Assembly: GCA_002633005.1 (NCBI GenBank)
Contig: NMRA01000034.1
Span: 1,235,207 to 1,299,206 of the forward strand
Reading direction: 5' to 3'
DNA length: 64,000 nt
Source of the DNA: Phoronis australis
Taxonomy: Eukaryota; Animalia; Phoronida
The position numbers and the translations under genes are program-made. This document shows, in pieces, positions 1-12,800 of this stretch. Numbering within the stretch: the stretch's first letter is position 1; the number at the start of each line of letters is the position of its first letter. A model generated the notes under the pieces. The model did no database searches. It was given only the letters and a program-made list of their open reading frames with translations, and was not told the DNA's origin.

Positions 1-494
1 TTTATAAGGTCCCCGGCCGTGGAAAGACTGGCTACTTTGCAGACTAGCGCGAAATATCATTAACACCAATGTGATAATTGTCGAATATCTCTCAATAACA
101 GAACAGAGACTTGGTCTGTATAGGACACTGACAGCAGGACAAATTAGGCCCACTACATTTTTTTCTTATTATCAAAACTATGGTGAGCAACGCAATTAAA
201 GCGCTGTTTCTGTGCATTTTAACAAACAATAGCTACAGAGGGGACAGTGATTGATCTGACGCTACTTTTCCTTAATTCTCATCTTCAATGGATCATTCCC
301 ATACATGGGCACACTACGGGAAGGGGGCAGGCTCGGGAGGCTCGGACGGGCGTTGTTTACATTTTCACTCGTTCGAATCGCATACGAGACAATCATGGTG
401 ACTACTTACAGAGAGTGAATCAAGAGAGAAGAAGATAAATATACTGAGTTTTATTATGCAATAAATAGGACTAAATACAAATCTACAAACTTAC

Positions 495-523
495 AGCGAG
501 TCATCGCTAACTTCTGTCGACAT
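495..523 (-). CDS. possible first coding exon of an unidentified minus-strand gene running off the window start
   Basis: ATG TCG ACA GAA GTT AGC GAT GAC TCG CT followed by a perfect gtaagt donor (MSTEVSDDS), next to a CpG-rich region; too short to identify. Confidence 0.3.
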
Positions 524-854
524 CCCAGCTTTGACTTATAACCCAAAGAATTTATAAACAAGAAGAATTCGCCGAAAATCGTTAAAGTCCAAACTTAAAA
601 GGCCCAAACAATTAGTTTGTTTTAAGTTTGGTTGGGATTCCTTGCGGATAGAGTCGAGACCTGGCAGAATTCGAAGTGTGAGCGTGTGGGGCCCATTTTT
701 ATAAGCCTTATCCGCACCGTGAATGTTCCAAATTACGCTAAAATAGTTAAATGTAAAAACCAATCAAAATACTGCACAAAAAATTCCAAATAAGGGATTG
801 ACCATCTTACACCCCTGTAAAATATTATAACTCACTCTAGCTTCTGGAAATAAA

Positions 855-1058
855 CTGACGACTCGACTCAACTCACGACATCATCAATAGACGGCGCTCC
901 TGTCACACTGAGCATTGATCAACTTCCGGCAATCAATGCTGATGCCTTTCGGCTTTCGGTGAATGTTGCCGATTGTCTTAAAGAAATTGGATGTACTGAA
1001 AATTTTTATTGGTGTCGATATCAACAAGTGTAACTTGCGAACGGTGTGACAGTCGCAG
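855..1058. promoter_or_regulatory. probable (bidirectional) promoter and METTL2 non-coding first exon
   Basis: Locally CpG-rich; ETS-type ACTTCCGG at 922-929; plus-strand donor cag|gtaaaa at 1059 could splice to the tttttag acceptor at 3539-3540. Confidence 0.4.
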
Positions 1059-1140
1059 GTAAAATGTTAGCCAATACACAGATCTGTGATTAGTCTACCG
1101 ACAAAGGTGAATTGTTAGGGAGTATACTGGGGCCTACACA

Positions 1141-1400
1141 TAGTGTACCTAATTATCGGACGGAACCTAAATATCGGACATTTCATAGAATCTTACTTGA
1201 AGCATAATCTGAGAATTAAATGACACCAATTTTTGTTCCGTTGTAATGCATTCAATGTCCGGCACCGTCTCGTTTTTTTACAGCGTTGCCTCGTTTTGAT
1301 TTCACCGAGAGAGGGTGCAATTTAGACCCCCAAGTCGGCCTAAAATGGACGATCGCATCAATCGGTTATAAAAGTTGAAAATAAAATCTTTTTCCACAAT
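1141..1400 (+). mobile_element. DNA transposon terminal fragment
   Basis: Internally duplicated ACCTAA(T/A)TATCGGAC motif of the kind seen in subterminal repeats; no partner end found. Confidence 0.3.
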
Positions 1401-1411
1401 GACACTATCTN

Positions 1412-1480
1412 GTGTAGCCTAGTGAGATAGTTGTCCGCTTCCTTTACTCAGGGTCGTGAGTTTGAGTCGCACTGGGGCAC
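1412..1480 (+). mobile_element. degenerate tRNA-derived SINE head
   Basis: A-box-like TAGCCTAGTG and B-box-like GAGTTTGAGTC at tRNA spacing; no intact cloverleaf. Confidence 0.4.
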
Positions 1481-1559
1481 ACTGAGCTCACCACCCTTGA
1501 GTCAGGTCTCTTGCTCCTCAGCTCGGTTTTATCTATGTATCAATTATTATAATCAAGCA

Positions 1560-2210
1560 TAAAAGTGGAAGGCAACACGAAAGACAGTGCCACTATCTCG
1601 ACGTGTTACAAACCAATGGAAATGGTGGCCATCCCATAGGCCCTCCACCGAAAGCTTTTTGGGCCTTGGGGAATTGTGCCTCACTGATAAACCATCGAAG
1701 TCATGATGCTATAACTAAGTACCTTTTGCGCATAAAGGGACACCTTAGGAAGCTGTTGATGTCTTTGACTCGTCCCAGCTCGAACAAACACTCCTGCTGT
1801 CTAACCTTTTTCTCGAGCAGTTCTTTGTTCAATGCCCAAACCTTCAACTGGTCATTCTTACGCTGCTCGTGCCTGGCGATATGACGCGAGCAATGTAAAA
1901 ATGGCCAGTTGTCAATTTGGGTCACTGAACGACTGCTCGAAAAAAGGTTTGATTGCGGGAGTATTTGTTCAAGCTGGGAAGAGTTAAAGACATCAACGGC
2001 TTCCCAAGGTATCCCTCTATGCGCAAAACATGACTTTGTTGGTTTTAATTAGTGTGAAGCATAATTCGCGGAAGTCTTCTGGTGCATGGAGGGCCTGTGG
2101 GGTTGCCACCATCTCTGCTGTGGCATGTCAAGACGGTGCCACTGTCTAGCGAACACGTAGCCTCTCGGCTGACTGTCTAGGGGCTGCCATACTTCCTATC
2201 GCTTTTAATA
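1560..2210. mobile_element. ~600-bp foldback (palindromic) element
   Basis: 1582-1660 is the reverse complement of ~2081-2147 and 1724-1840 of ~1916-2028; centre near 1875. Confidence 0.75.
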
Positions 2211-2250
2211 CTAATACTGTGTGTTTTTAACAGATGTTTGGCCAAATCTG

Positions 2251-2830
2251 GTCACCGAATAAGAGATTTTCACCTCGTCAAAATACATTTTACACTTAAA
2301 ATTGTCACTTAAAAAATGCTGACTTTCTTCAGCGATGCTTTTTGGTTCTATACTTATCATCGATGAACTATGTCTACAGGAATTAAGATGAATTTGGCGA
2401 AAAATTCCATCTCCACTTTTTTGGTTGCTGTTTTCTTTTTCACCATGCGCAATAACCACAAAGTATTTCAGTTGACATCACACAAGTTAGGTAACAACAA
2501 GTGCGAGACTGAGTGAAGCACATGACCTGAAGCATGACATTGGCAAAAAGTAGAGTGGGAAGATATCCGGTGGGATTTGTAAGATTGTGTCCTTAGACTT
2601 TGTTTGTCAACAGGCAGGATTTCGTGCGCAACTTCCTCAAAACGTCACCCGGTGTAGGAAGGTCATGTAAACCGCGACTGATTTTCATGGATATGCTCAA
2701 ATTATTTTGACTTAATTGTCTCCACACTCATGATATGTGTTAATTATAACTCAATGTGTATATTGCATGTTTCATTCAGTGTTATTCACTGTATTTTGTA
2801 ATGAGTAACTTTTCATGGGGGGGTACACTA
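2251..2830 (-). mobile_element. dispersed repeat, DNA transposon long terminal region (copy 1)
   Basis: Colinear similarity with 35672-36357 over ~580 bp; terminus reads TAGTGTACCCCCCCATGAAAAGTTACTC on the minus strand. Confidence 0.7.
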
Positions 2831-3628
2831 TTGCCTGCGTAAGAACCTTAAAAACATAGTTCCATGTGATCAGTGCAATGGGCCAACCTAAATGACCTGT
2901 ACACATCTGGTACAACGTGTACCGGACCATCTCCATCTACAGTACAGTGCCAATGGATTAGGCAATTGCATTGCAAGCACTTGCTTCAACAGAACACTCC
3001 ATGCGACCTTTGGTTTCAAGGTCGAGTTAAAAATGCATAGCCAAAGACATGTATTGATATTGTTAAAATTTTCAAAATCTCCGGACCATCTTTCTTTACG
3101 AATGGCATTTGCTTGATTTTCTGGACGTCATCTCTGAGTGAAAGGTTGCACGTTGTTGACCCGTTGACCCACTCTTTGCGTACTCGTGGCTTTTCTTAAA
3201 CATTTACTGTTTGTGAGCGGGAAGCTTAAATTTAGCAGGAAATTCAGGTTCCCTTCAGACTTTGTGGATTTGTAAAAAATCTGGCTGGTCGACGCCCTCT
3301 TATTTCCTGATTTCTGTAATTCTGGAGAGTTTTGACAGTCAGTTCTTAGTATTCGCATGCAAATGGTGCCTTTGGAGTGAAAATTTCTGATTTAGTGTAT
3401 CTTTACTCGTTTGTTAAGCATCTGGCTGCACTTCCGGTAGTAGTAATGTAAAAGATGGAAAATTGACATTAGACTTAGTTTCAATAGACTTTGTGCAAGT
3501 TCTTGTCCCATTAAAATGATTATACTGTTCATATTTTTAGGTTTCGAATGTCCTTTGGAACAGACTGTTGAAGCTGCCAAGAGTTGATTTTTCAACCTGT
3601 TGAGTGCCTCCTGAATAACTATTGAATC

Positions 3629-3807
3629 ATGAATGAAACGGGAGAGTTGCCGAGTGCACCATCGAGTGCCAGTGAATTAGAGGCTGGAAACGATCAACAC
3701 CAGCAACAGCAACAAGTGGATGTAAATATAGACGAGGAAATAAAAAGGCCGCAGTTTGGTACGCGTTGTTTGGTGGACCAAAGTGCTGTTTTTGAACACA
3801 ATGCGTG
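3629..3807 (+). CDS. METTL2: METTL2 coding exon 1
   Basis: MNETGELP...[18 protein letters not shown]; donor gtacgt at 3808. Confidence 0.9.
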
Positions 3808-6800
3808 GTACGTCAACACGTGGTTGGTGACACAACTTAACCCTGGCTAAACTATCAAAGTCATGTTACTGTGTGGACACCTTTCAGCTGAATGCAATTG
3901 TAGCCTTCTAAAGGCCTGTCATAGCAGCCGGCACAGAGGTAGAATCAAACGCCTTTACAAGTTTGTTTCATTTAATTTCCTCTAAAGCAGATTGTTTTTA
4001 CTCATCATGTTTACAATTGGTTCTATTGATTTTCCCTCTAGAAAGACTTCAATTTTTTCTTAACGTTCACTTTGTTCAACATCAGTGATGAGCTGACTTA
4101 GTGGTGTTGAGGTCATTACCGTCTTTGCAACAAAGTCTGTCATGTGCTCAAGTTTCAGACAAAATTTACGTCTTCTTGGTGGTTACATAAGATTTATTCA
4201 GTAAGTTGTCTATCCAGTAGAATACATTCAGATGCAAAAATCCCACTGTTTTTGTGAAAATTTCAGTTAATGCCAAATAATTGCTGGGATTTACAAGATA
4301 AGACGAAACAATACAATCCAACATCAGGCAGCACTGTGCGTTTTTGTAAGAAAAGCTGCCAAATGTTGAATTCATGCTGAAAATGGTTTTGTATCCAGCG
4401 CAAAGTTAGCATCCATGCAATTTGTCTATTTCAACTTCATTTGCTTATTATTAAAAAACCAATTCTAGTTTTTTATTGTCAGTTATAGTTATGGTTATCA
4501 CCATGTCTGCCATGTAGCAGATATTTGGCGACAGTGGTTTTGTTTAGTCGGTGGTCATGGAGTGCACACTAAGGTTACGATCCACGAATAAATCTTTACA
4601 TCTAATGATACACCAAGGAACCCACTTTCAGATGTGGTATGTTCCCCACTCCTCACTCATGCTGTTGTGAATTTTTAAAATTTTTACACAGCATAAAAGC
4701 AGAACAACTGCGTCTGTATATTTTGTATTATAATTTCTTAAACCTTTTTTATGCAACATGAAAATAGCGTCACAATTTAAATTGAACATGGATTGCCAAT
4801 CCGCAACACATGCACTTGAATGTGGCCTATATTCTCAATCTGGTAACCCCTGAAGAGCCTTGGTTGAAAACCTTTTTTAAATGCGAGACTTGCAAATTGA
4901 ATGAAATTTTGCTTAATGTTCAGGTTTCGACGTTTGGCTTTTTTTGGTCTTCACTTTTCTGAGTGGTAGTGCAGAGTAACGAGAGTGCAGGTTATGCCAT
5001 CAGTTGTATTTTCATGCAGGCATTCTTGCCTGTGACGAGCACTGATGTTTTTGTGTATTCTGACTAACTTAGGGTAGAAAGATTCATGACAGAAACACTG
5101 AGTAACTTTATTCTGACTACTGGTATTTCTACAGCATTTGCCAAAATTGGAGTTAATTACCAATCGAAATTTATTCTTAAAATAAGGTAGGGTTGCCAAT
5201 TTTACAGAAATTACCAGTTTCTCAATCTACAAACATCATTCCTCTCATGTGTTCAAATAAGTTATATGTCAAAAAATCTGTGATATGTCACATTCCCACG
5301 TATGTGTGCAGTCGCTCTATTTAACATGTTTTCAGGGACAATGTTGTATGGGATGAGGAATTAGAAAAGGAAGCTTTGTCAAAAATAGCAGTCAACTCTC
5401 AAGTTGTGTTTACAGAGGAACAGTTAAGTACGTAGCTCGTTCTTAATTGTTAAGTCCTAAAGGTGTATCAACTTGGCGAAAAGACCCTTATAGCAAAATT
5501 AAACTAAAATGGTCACGTATGGGTTCAGGTATACTTTCATCTCTCATAAGTATATCATTATACTTTTCATCATCCACTGCTTAGGTGCCTAAGACTTACA
5601 TGCCAAAGGATCATTTGCATTCACCGTAAAACTGCAGGTTAATGTGCATGTTTATATTTGACTAGGGCATACAATGCTTCAGTAGTTCATGCAAGTTTCT
5701 AATGTGATGTCATTTCGATCGAGCTGCAAAACTTGATCTGCGAACGAAAGGATGGGGTTTGTATTTAGATATGTCTAACTTTGCATTTTCATTGACTTTG
5801 ATGATATTAGCAGGTCAATCCTAGAATTTTGGCAGGAATTTTCAGTGTGTATTTTCTCATATGGTTAGATAATCAAATGCACATGTCTGTTAATTAAAGA
5901 ATGTTCGGTTCTTATTAGTGCATCAGCAACTCTCCTTGCGACAAATTTTTTAAACGTCATGCCTGTGGATGTCAATTTCGAACCTAAGTCATAGGTGGCC
6001 TGGCTCAGGTTAAGAATCCATTGTTTGGGTATGTGCCCACTTAAATTTTCTTGAAATTTTCAACTTAAGCACCCGTCATCCTCCACCCCTGTTTTCCAAC
6101 CTCTCCAATTCAAGCGTTCAGGGTGTTAATGCAAAATAATTGTGGGGTGTAATAATATGTGTAGAAGACAAGCGCTCTTTTAAGTTAGATTTTTTATCCA
6201 GAGTTTATGCTACTGTTCTTGCTCTTGGTCACATAAATAAACTTATCACAATTACATAAATTGTTTTTGTTGTCAGTATTTTCACAGTTGCGGATTTCAT
6301 GGTTTCATTTTTAGACGACTATGAAGCAAATGCCAACTGCTACTGGGATAAGTTTTACAGTCAACATCAAAGCAGGTTCTTTAAAGACCGACATTGGCTG
6401 TTTACAGAGTTTCCAGAACTGGATACAGGGAGCAGGTTTTACCAGGTAAATGCTTTATCACTGCTTATCCAGGTGCGTAATATAATCTTGTAGACCTTAC
6501 ATCAAAGCATTCTTTAATATAAGGTACTCTCACCTGACACGCAATACCATTTACATTTCTCAGTAACACAATTTTCTCATTTGTTTCAAATTTAGAAGCT
6601 CATCTCTGCTCTTGAGGAAGTTGTATAAATTTTTGATTTGTAAAATTGCTTTGCTATTTCCAACAGGAATCAGTAGACAAAACATTGTGGTCTGGACACA
6701 AAAACCATGAAGAGGAATTGAATGGTGATATCACAGACCTCAATGATTACCCAGGACATTCAGCTAAAAGGCGATTTTTAGAGGTTTGATCATTTTGGCG

Positions 6801-9800
6801 ACCTGATAATCTTTTTGTGTGCAATTTCTTTCATTACCCCATCCTTAAACTATCACAGAACGAATACCTCACATAGTGGTGTTCGCACCGCTCCTACAAT
6901 AATCTCAGAAATCTGGAGAAGTTTAATGTTTTAATCAAAAGAAAGACCACAAAAACTACAAATTTGGAAATGACAGAGACGGGAATCAAATTCAGACCCC
7001 AACAGTCAACCGATGCATGTGTCTGAGCAGTCATGTGTTAATCTAAATAGAACCTTCAAATTAGAATGCAACATAGTAAACAGTAAAACTTTATCAAACT
7101 TTTAAACAAGTGTAAGAAGAAGACTTTATATAGTATGGCTGTCATCAAGTTAAACGCACATTGAATTTGAACATTTTTGGCTATAGTGAGCATTAGAAAA
7201 ATGAAAAAATTGACAATTTTGGCTATTATTTTAATTCAGATTTTAGGAAACTTTACCATACCACAGTTTTGTTTTTTTAGCTTATTTCATGAATACAAAG
7301 TAAATAAACAACACTACTGCCAAAGCTTGCAGAATTTGAATATTACCAACTGAGGCATATTTTGTTTGATTCATAAATTTGAACAGCATTATCATGATAG
7401 CTGGTCAATATATAATTGTGAATTATTGACCCTGTAATACTTTTTTTCAATATGTTTATGTACCCAGAAAGCATATCATTAGTGAATAGTAGATACGGCC
7501 AGGGTTGGGGGGCCCCAACTACTGTCTTTACAACTTACTAGAGTATAATACATCATTAATGATAATAAGTATCTGGAAAATAACTCCTAATGATTGGGTG
7601 GATAATTAGCCGAGATTATTAAAAAAGGGGGAGGGAACGGGAAGGGGAAGGACTTTCATACACTCATTCACACTCACATTCACACAGTTTAATTAACTTA
7701 TGTTTACATTTACTGCTTTATAACTCTGTAATCTGTTGAGATCAGTAGTAATTGGTATTATAGCACCACCAGGTCAGGTTGATTATGACTAGGATGGCTT
7801 TGCATAATTTGCACGTGCCTGGCAATGATCTTTCTCACTATGTCCTGTCACTTTCAGGTTGGTTGTGGAGTTGGCAATACTGTGTTTCCAGTGCTTCAAA
7901 CAAACAAGTAGGTCATATTTTGTTTACTGTCTTCGTCCCCCACTGCATGTTAGTGTGAAGCGGGAGACTTACTATGGTATTCACGACTATCCATACTTCA
8001 AAGTGTTGTTGGCACAATGTATAGCCAAGAAGCTTTAGATTTTTTGTTTACATTCTGTACCGAGGTGTAAGTGGACATCTCCGGGGGCCTGTTTCATGAA
8101 ACTTTCTGACCGAAATCAGGCAAACTTAAGACCAAAATGCCTTAGCCCCATTTCATGAAATTTTTGAAGACCAGAATTGTGATTGAAATTGGTCTAAGCT
8201 AAGACCCAAATCGACGGAGTAGGCTTAAAATTGGACTTTTGGTCTAAATGACCTAGGTTTAAAAATATCATCACTGTAAACTGTTGAGGTACAGATTTCG
8301 TTGATATAGTAACAATGTCAAATTGGAGATCATTCAGCTTTTGATTCGAGAACCGGCAAAGGTAGTATAGACAATGCAGTGTGACTTGCAAGCACATGAT
8401 TGTGAAATAGTATTTTCCTGCCATACCCAGGTCTTCTCAAGCAAACGAGATCGCATCAGGACAAAAAAATTGCATAAAGCGTGTGAAAGTGTAGAATCAA
8501 GGGTGTTTTTTAGTGGTAGCTTGACAAGTTGAAATTTTGACGTGCAGCAATATCGAATTCCAGAATGCAATCTGAGTCATAGTTTTTTGCATCGCAAGTA
8601 GCAACCTGGCCAAACTAGAGCTGTCAAGGGCTGATTATACTTCAGAAATCACGCTACTGCGGCAAATGTTTTGAACTTTCGGTCTGTGGACTTGAAAAGC
8701 GATATTTTGTCCTACCAATATTGTCGTATTAATTTCTACTACCTAACACCTTTGTGTAGGAACTGTTCCACACTTCGAGTTTCCAGTTTGTGTAATCAGA
8801 CGTACATGCCACAAGTTAAATGTGTGAGTTTACCCTCTAGTTTGTAGTGTTTTCCGAACACGCAACTTCACAAATCTCATTCATTAAGTATTTGCTGTTT
8901 TTTTATGTTTAATACTGAAAATATATGGTTAAGGTTGTTGATCTGACATTCAGAACTGGAGAGTTAATGTAATGAGTCTCGATCTTTTCTTGCAGTGACC
9001 CCACCTTGTTCATGTACTGCTGTGACTTTTCAAAGACTGCCATTGATATTGTCAAGGTAATGCCTTGTAGTTATTGTCATTTTTGTCTGTCCAAAATTAG
9101 GCTCACATGTTCCTGTCAAGGAGAAAATAATGTCTGCAAATTTTTGGAAAGGTTGTATTAGCACAGAGTTCACTACTAGCATTGTATTTTTAGCTACAAT
9201 AGGGCCGTCCCGTATCACATAGTCACTGATAGAATTCTCCTTTATCCCATAGGTAAGGAAGCACGTTGTTTTCATTAGTTTTGGAATGTCAGGCACATTT
9301 TGGGAGGTCATGCTGGAAACCGTCAAGGTGTATGGCTGTTTTTAAGTATTCCCGATTTCAACTGCTAAAAAGTAATAGAGAATTAAAAGCTATCTTCAAG
9401 AAATGGGATTCTCTTCAGTTTAAAATTTTGAACGAACTTGCTTTATCCAATCGTTCTGAATTTTCTTGTCTTTGATTGATGTCTGGGAAGGCGATGAGAT
9501 TAACTTCACGCATCCACAGACATTTATTAAGTTCGTCCAACTTTCTCCCGTCGGAGTTGCAGCCCGTAGCACAACTGTTACAGTAATACTTTGTTGGTAT
9601 TGGAAGGATGAATAGAGTAATGCAGCCAAGATAAACATGACAACAATAACATATGGAACTCCAATGGTGCGAAGTACAAAAAGTGCCTGAGGGATATTGC
9701 AGCATAGTGTGTAAATACAGCAAGATTCAAGTATCGGTGTGTAATCCAAAACAGCCCTATTAACTTTTTATGCACCCACATATGATTAGGTGGGTGCAGT

Positions 9801-12800
9801 ATGCTGTCATTCCCATCTGTTCGGCATCCGTCCCATGTCCAGCATTTGCTACTTTATCTCCAAAACCCTTCTATGCTATGTTCATGAAAGTTTTCAAATG
9901 ATATGTTCCTTTCATGGATGGGACAGCATAAGCAAATTTTCATTTGGATCGGACCACCCATATGCCCTATAGGGGCAATTGAGCTTGTTTTACATTTACC
10001 TCAGTCTCAATCTTCAGAGTTCCTTAACGGATTTTCATAAAATTTGGCAAAAAGGTATGAAGGGTGAAGGTGGAGATTGCCTGGGATCATTTAGATGAGC
10101 TTTAGTCTATAAATAAATGTATTCTTCATTTTATGGAATTCAATACCTTCAGTTGAATTTTCATTCATTCAATTCGTTTTATGCACCCACATATCTATAC
10201 ACCATACCACTCAAAGGATCATTATGATAATTGGCAGATGTATTCCTACTGACGAGAGCACGACTGACATGGATTTTTCAGATGAGTTTAATTACTGTTG
10301 TGTACCCTAGTGACATTGGTTGCATCTGTATTTCCTAAACCTCCTTGCAAGATCTTTTGAAAGTTGGCAAGTGTATTCCTATAAATTTAACTGCAGATGA
10401 ACGGATCGGACTACTGCTTCGCCTCCTAGTGGCATTTTGTTTTTTTCATGTTTGCCTCTGTAATCTGTTACTGAATATTTTCATGAAATTTAGGATACAG
10501 CTTTTTACATGTATGTAGGAGACCAAGACAACTTGCCGTTTTCAGTTGCATTCAACGTAATCTCCCCAACGTGATGAGTCATTTTTATACCAGTGAACAC
10601 TACTAGAAGCAAACTTTTTGCAGTGCAGTCATTGTCATATTTCAGTGTTCTGCGATGCTCTTGTTAGGTATATTTGCGCTGCTCTAGTTATGTGTAGTAG
10701 CATTGCAATTTCTTTCCAGATTATGTTCAGACATAATCTAATTATAGAAGTTTGTTTGCAATACACTTTCACAAATTTAACTTGTAGATATTATGCAGCA
10801 GTCGCTCTTATTGTTTCTACTTTTTCTTACTTTTTGGCAAGACGGTTGATGGACGTACCTGCCGAAACATGTTGTAATTGAAACGCTTTTGTTTTTGTTC
10901 AAGCATTACTGATACTTGTCACTTCAAGAATTCTTTTTTACCTCAGGAACATGTACATTACGACGTATCCAGGTGTCACGCTTTTGTGCTTGATATCATT
11001 GATGAAACTGCTGTCATGCCATTTCCCAGCAATAGTTTGGATGCCATCATATTGATCTTTGTCCTAAGTGCGGTAAAACCTGACAAGTATGTTAAACCTT
11101 ATAATAATTATAACTTGTTGGAAATTACTGGGAGTTTTGTGCAAAAGTGACTTAATTGGATTACTCAAATGTGAGCATTTCTTGTTGTAAAAATGTGGGC
11201 ATTTCCTAAGAACCCTAAATTATAGAGATCCCAGCACCCTGGCAGCAAATCAAAATTAACGAGTTTGAAGTGCTTTCCTTGTGCTTTGATTCTTGTCTAT
11301 GAAAGTTTTGTGTTCTTTGCCAGGGTAATGTTTACGGGCCCTTGGACTATTTCTAAATCATTAGTGTCGGGATGCATGTTGCGGGTTACTTACAACCGAC
11401 TACAACCCATTACCAGTAAAATTAGATCAACTTTCATTGAGTTTGGCTGTACAAACTTTATCAAATGCTTGACCGCGACAATATGTCGAGACATCACAAC
11501 ATTTTGGTTACACTTTGACAGTGAGCAGTATTACAAGACCCGAGCCCATGTTCTCCTTTCCATCACCTACAGTCTCGAGTTCACAAGCTGTGAAACTCTG
11601 TTTTTTATCGGGCGTAAATGTTCCATCTTCTGCTTGCATGTTGTGTCCCTGCAATAACAAACTGACCAGCCACATCCTCCTAGTGGTTTGCCTGAAAACC
11701 AGTTGCCACTAACAATGCAGTCGGTTTATGGTTTCATCTGTTATTTTCAAAACGCAGGTGTGTGTCTGCTCTCGTAGTCTGAGGGCTGCCAGGAAATTCT
11801 TCCCGCATACTTCCTTCCCACGCACACATTTACGTATATTTAATGACAGTGTATACACTGGACCCTACCACAAATGTCAACAAAAGGGGGCTCTTATTGG
11901 CTTTTATAGCTCAGAAAAAATAATCTGGAAAATTGGTCTGGAACCTGCTCACCATTGTCCTTGTCCTTGATGTAGTGGTGCTTATCAGGGAGGGTTTGGT
12001 GTTTCATTCTGTTGCAATGCTATAAGGAAACTGTTGGCATTTTGTTGATGAACAAGTTTGATAAAACCATTTACTCATTGGTAGGTTGTAATTGACGTGA
12101 TGAAAACTCTTAAGGGAACATTGAAAAGTCTTAATTTTGTGAGAACTCCTTTCATGTTTCTTCAAATAAACGAATTGTCCATTGTCAACACAAAAAATAC
12201 ATTCAAGTTTTTCAATGACTGAAAATTTGAACCCATGCTGTACGTAACGTGCCACTGTATTGCTCATGTAGGATGCAGTCTGTGATAAATCGTCTCGCGA
12301 GATGTCTGAAGCCTGGTGGAATGATATTGTTCAGGGATTATGGCAGATACGACATGGCACAACTCAGGTTTAAAAAGGGTAAGATGTCTTCGTGGACGCT
12401 GTGATCCTTTTCTTTTGCCGATTTAAAATAGCTGGCTTAATTTTCATTTCACTGAAAATATTTGGTATTAGTACATTATGTAACTGGGAAATTAAACACT
12501 ATTTGCTTTTTGTTTTACAGGTAAATGTCTTGGAGAAAACTTCTATGTTAGAGGTGATGGAACCCAGGTGTACTTTTTTACTCAAGGTAAATTTTTATAA
12601 ATTATTTTAGTATTTGCTAAAAATTTATAATGTTCTTGTTCAAGAAGTCAAGTGGTTCTGAATAATTAGGAATTGGACTTAAATACTATATTACAATCCT
12701 GCTGAAACTTGGGTGTATTCACGTAGTTGATTTGAAGTGTGTTACAAATTTTAAGTAAGAATTAATTTATTAGTTTTCTAACTCGCCATCAGGTGACTTA

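Noticed and set aside
1412-1480. tRNA gene
   Set aside because: A and B boxes are degenerate and the stems do not pair; better explained as a SINE head.
1141-2830. One composite transposon bounded by TAGTGTACC / GGTACACTA
   Set aside because: Only 9 bp match, there is no target duplication, and the interior is made of unrelated repeats.
3548-3628. Selenocysteine or readthrough N-terminal extension of METTL2 via in-frame TGAs
   Set aside because: Two in-frame TGAs, no SECIS recognised and no family precedent known to me.
4845-4955. Hammerhead-like CTGAAGA...GAAA matches
   Set aside because: Stem geometry is not convincing and there is no repeat or inverted partner.
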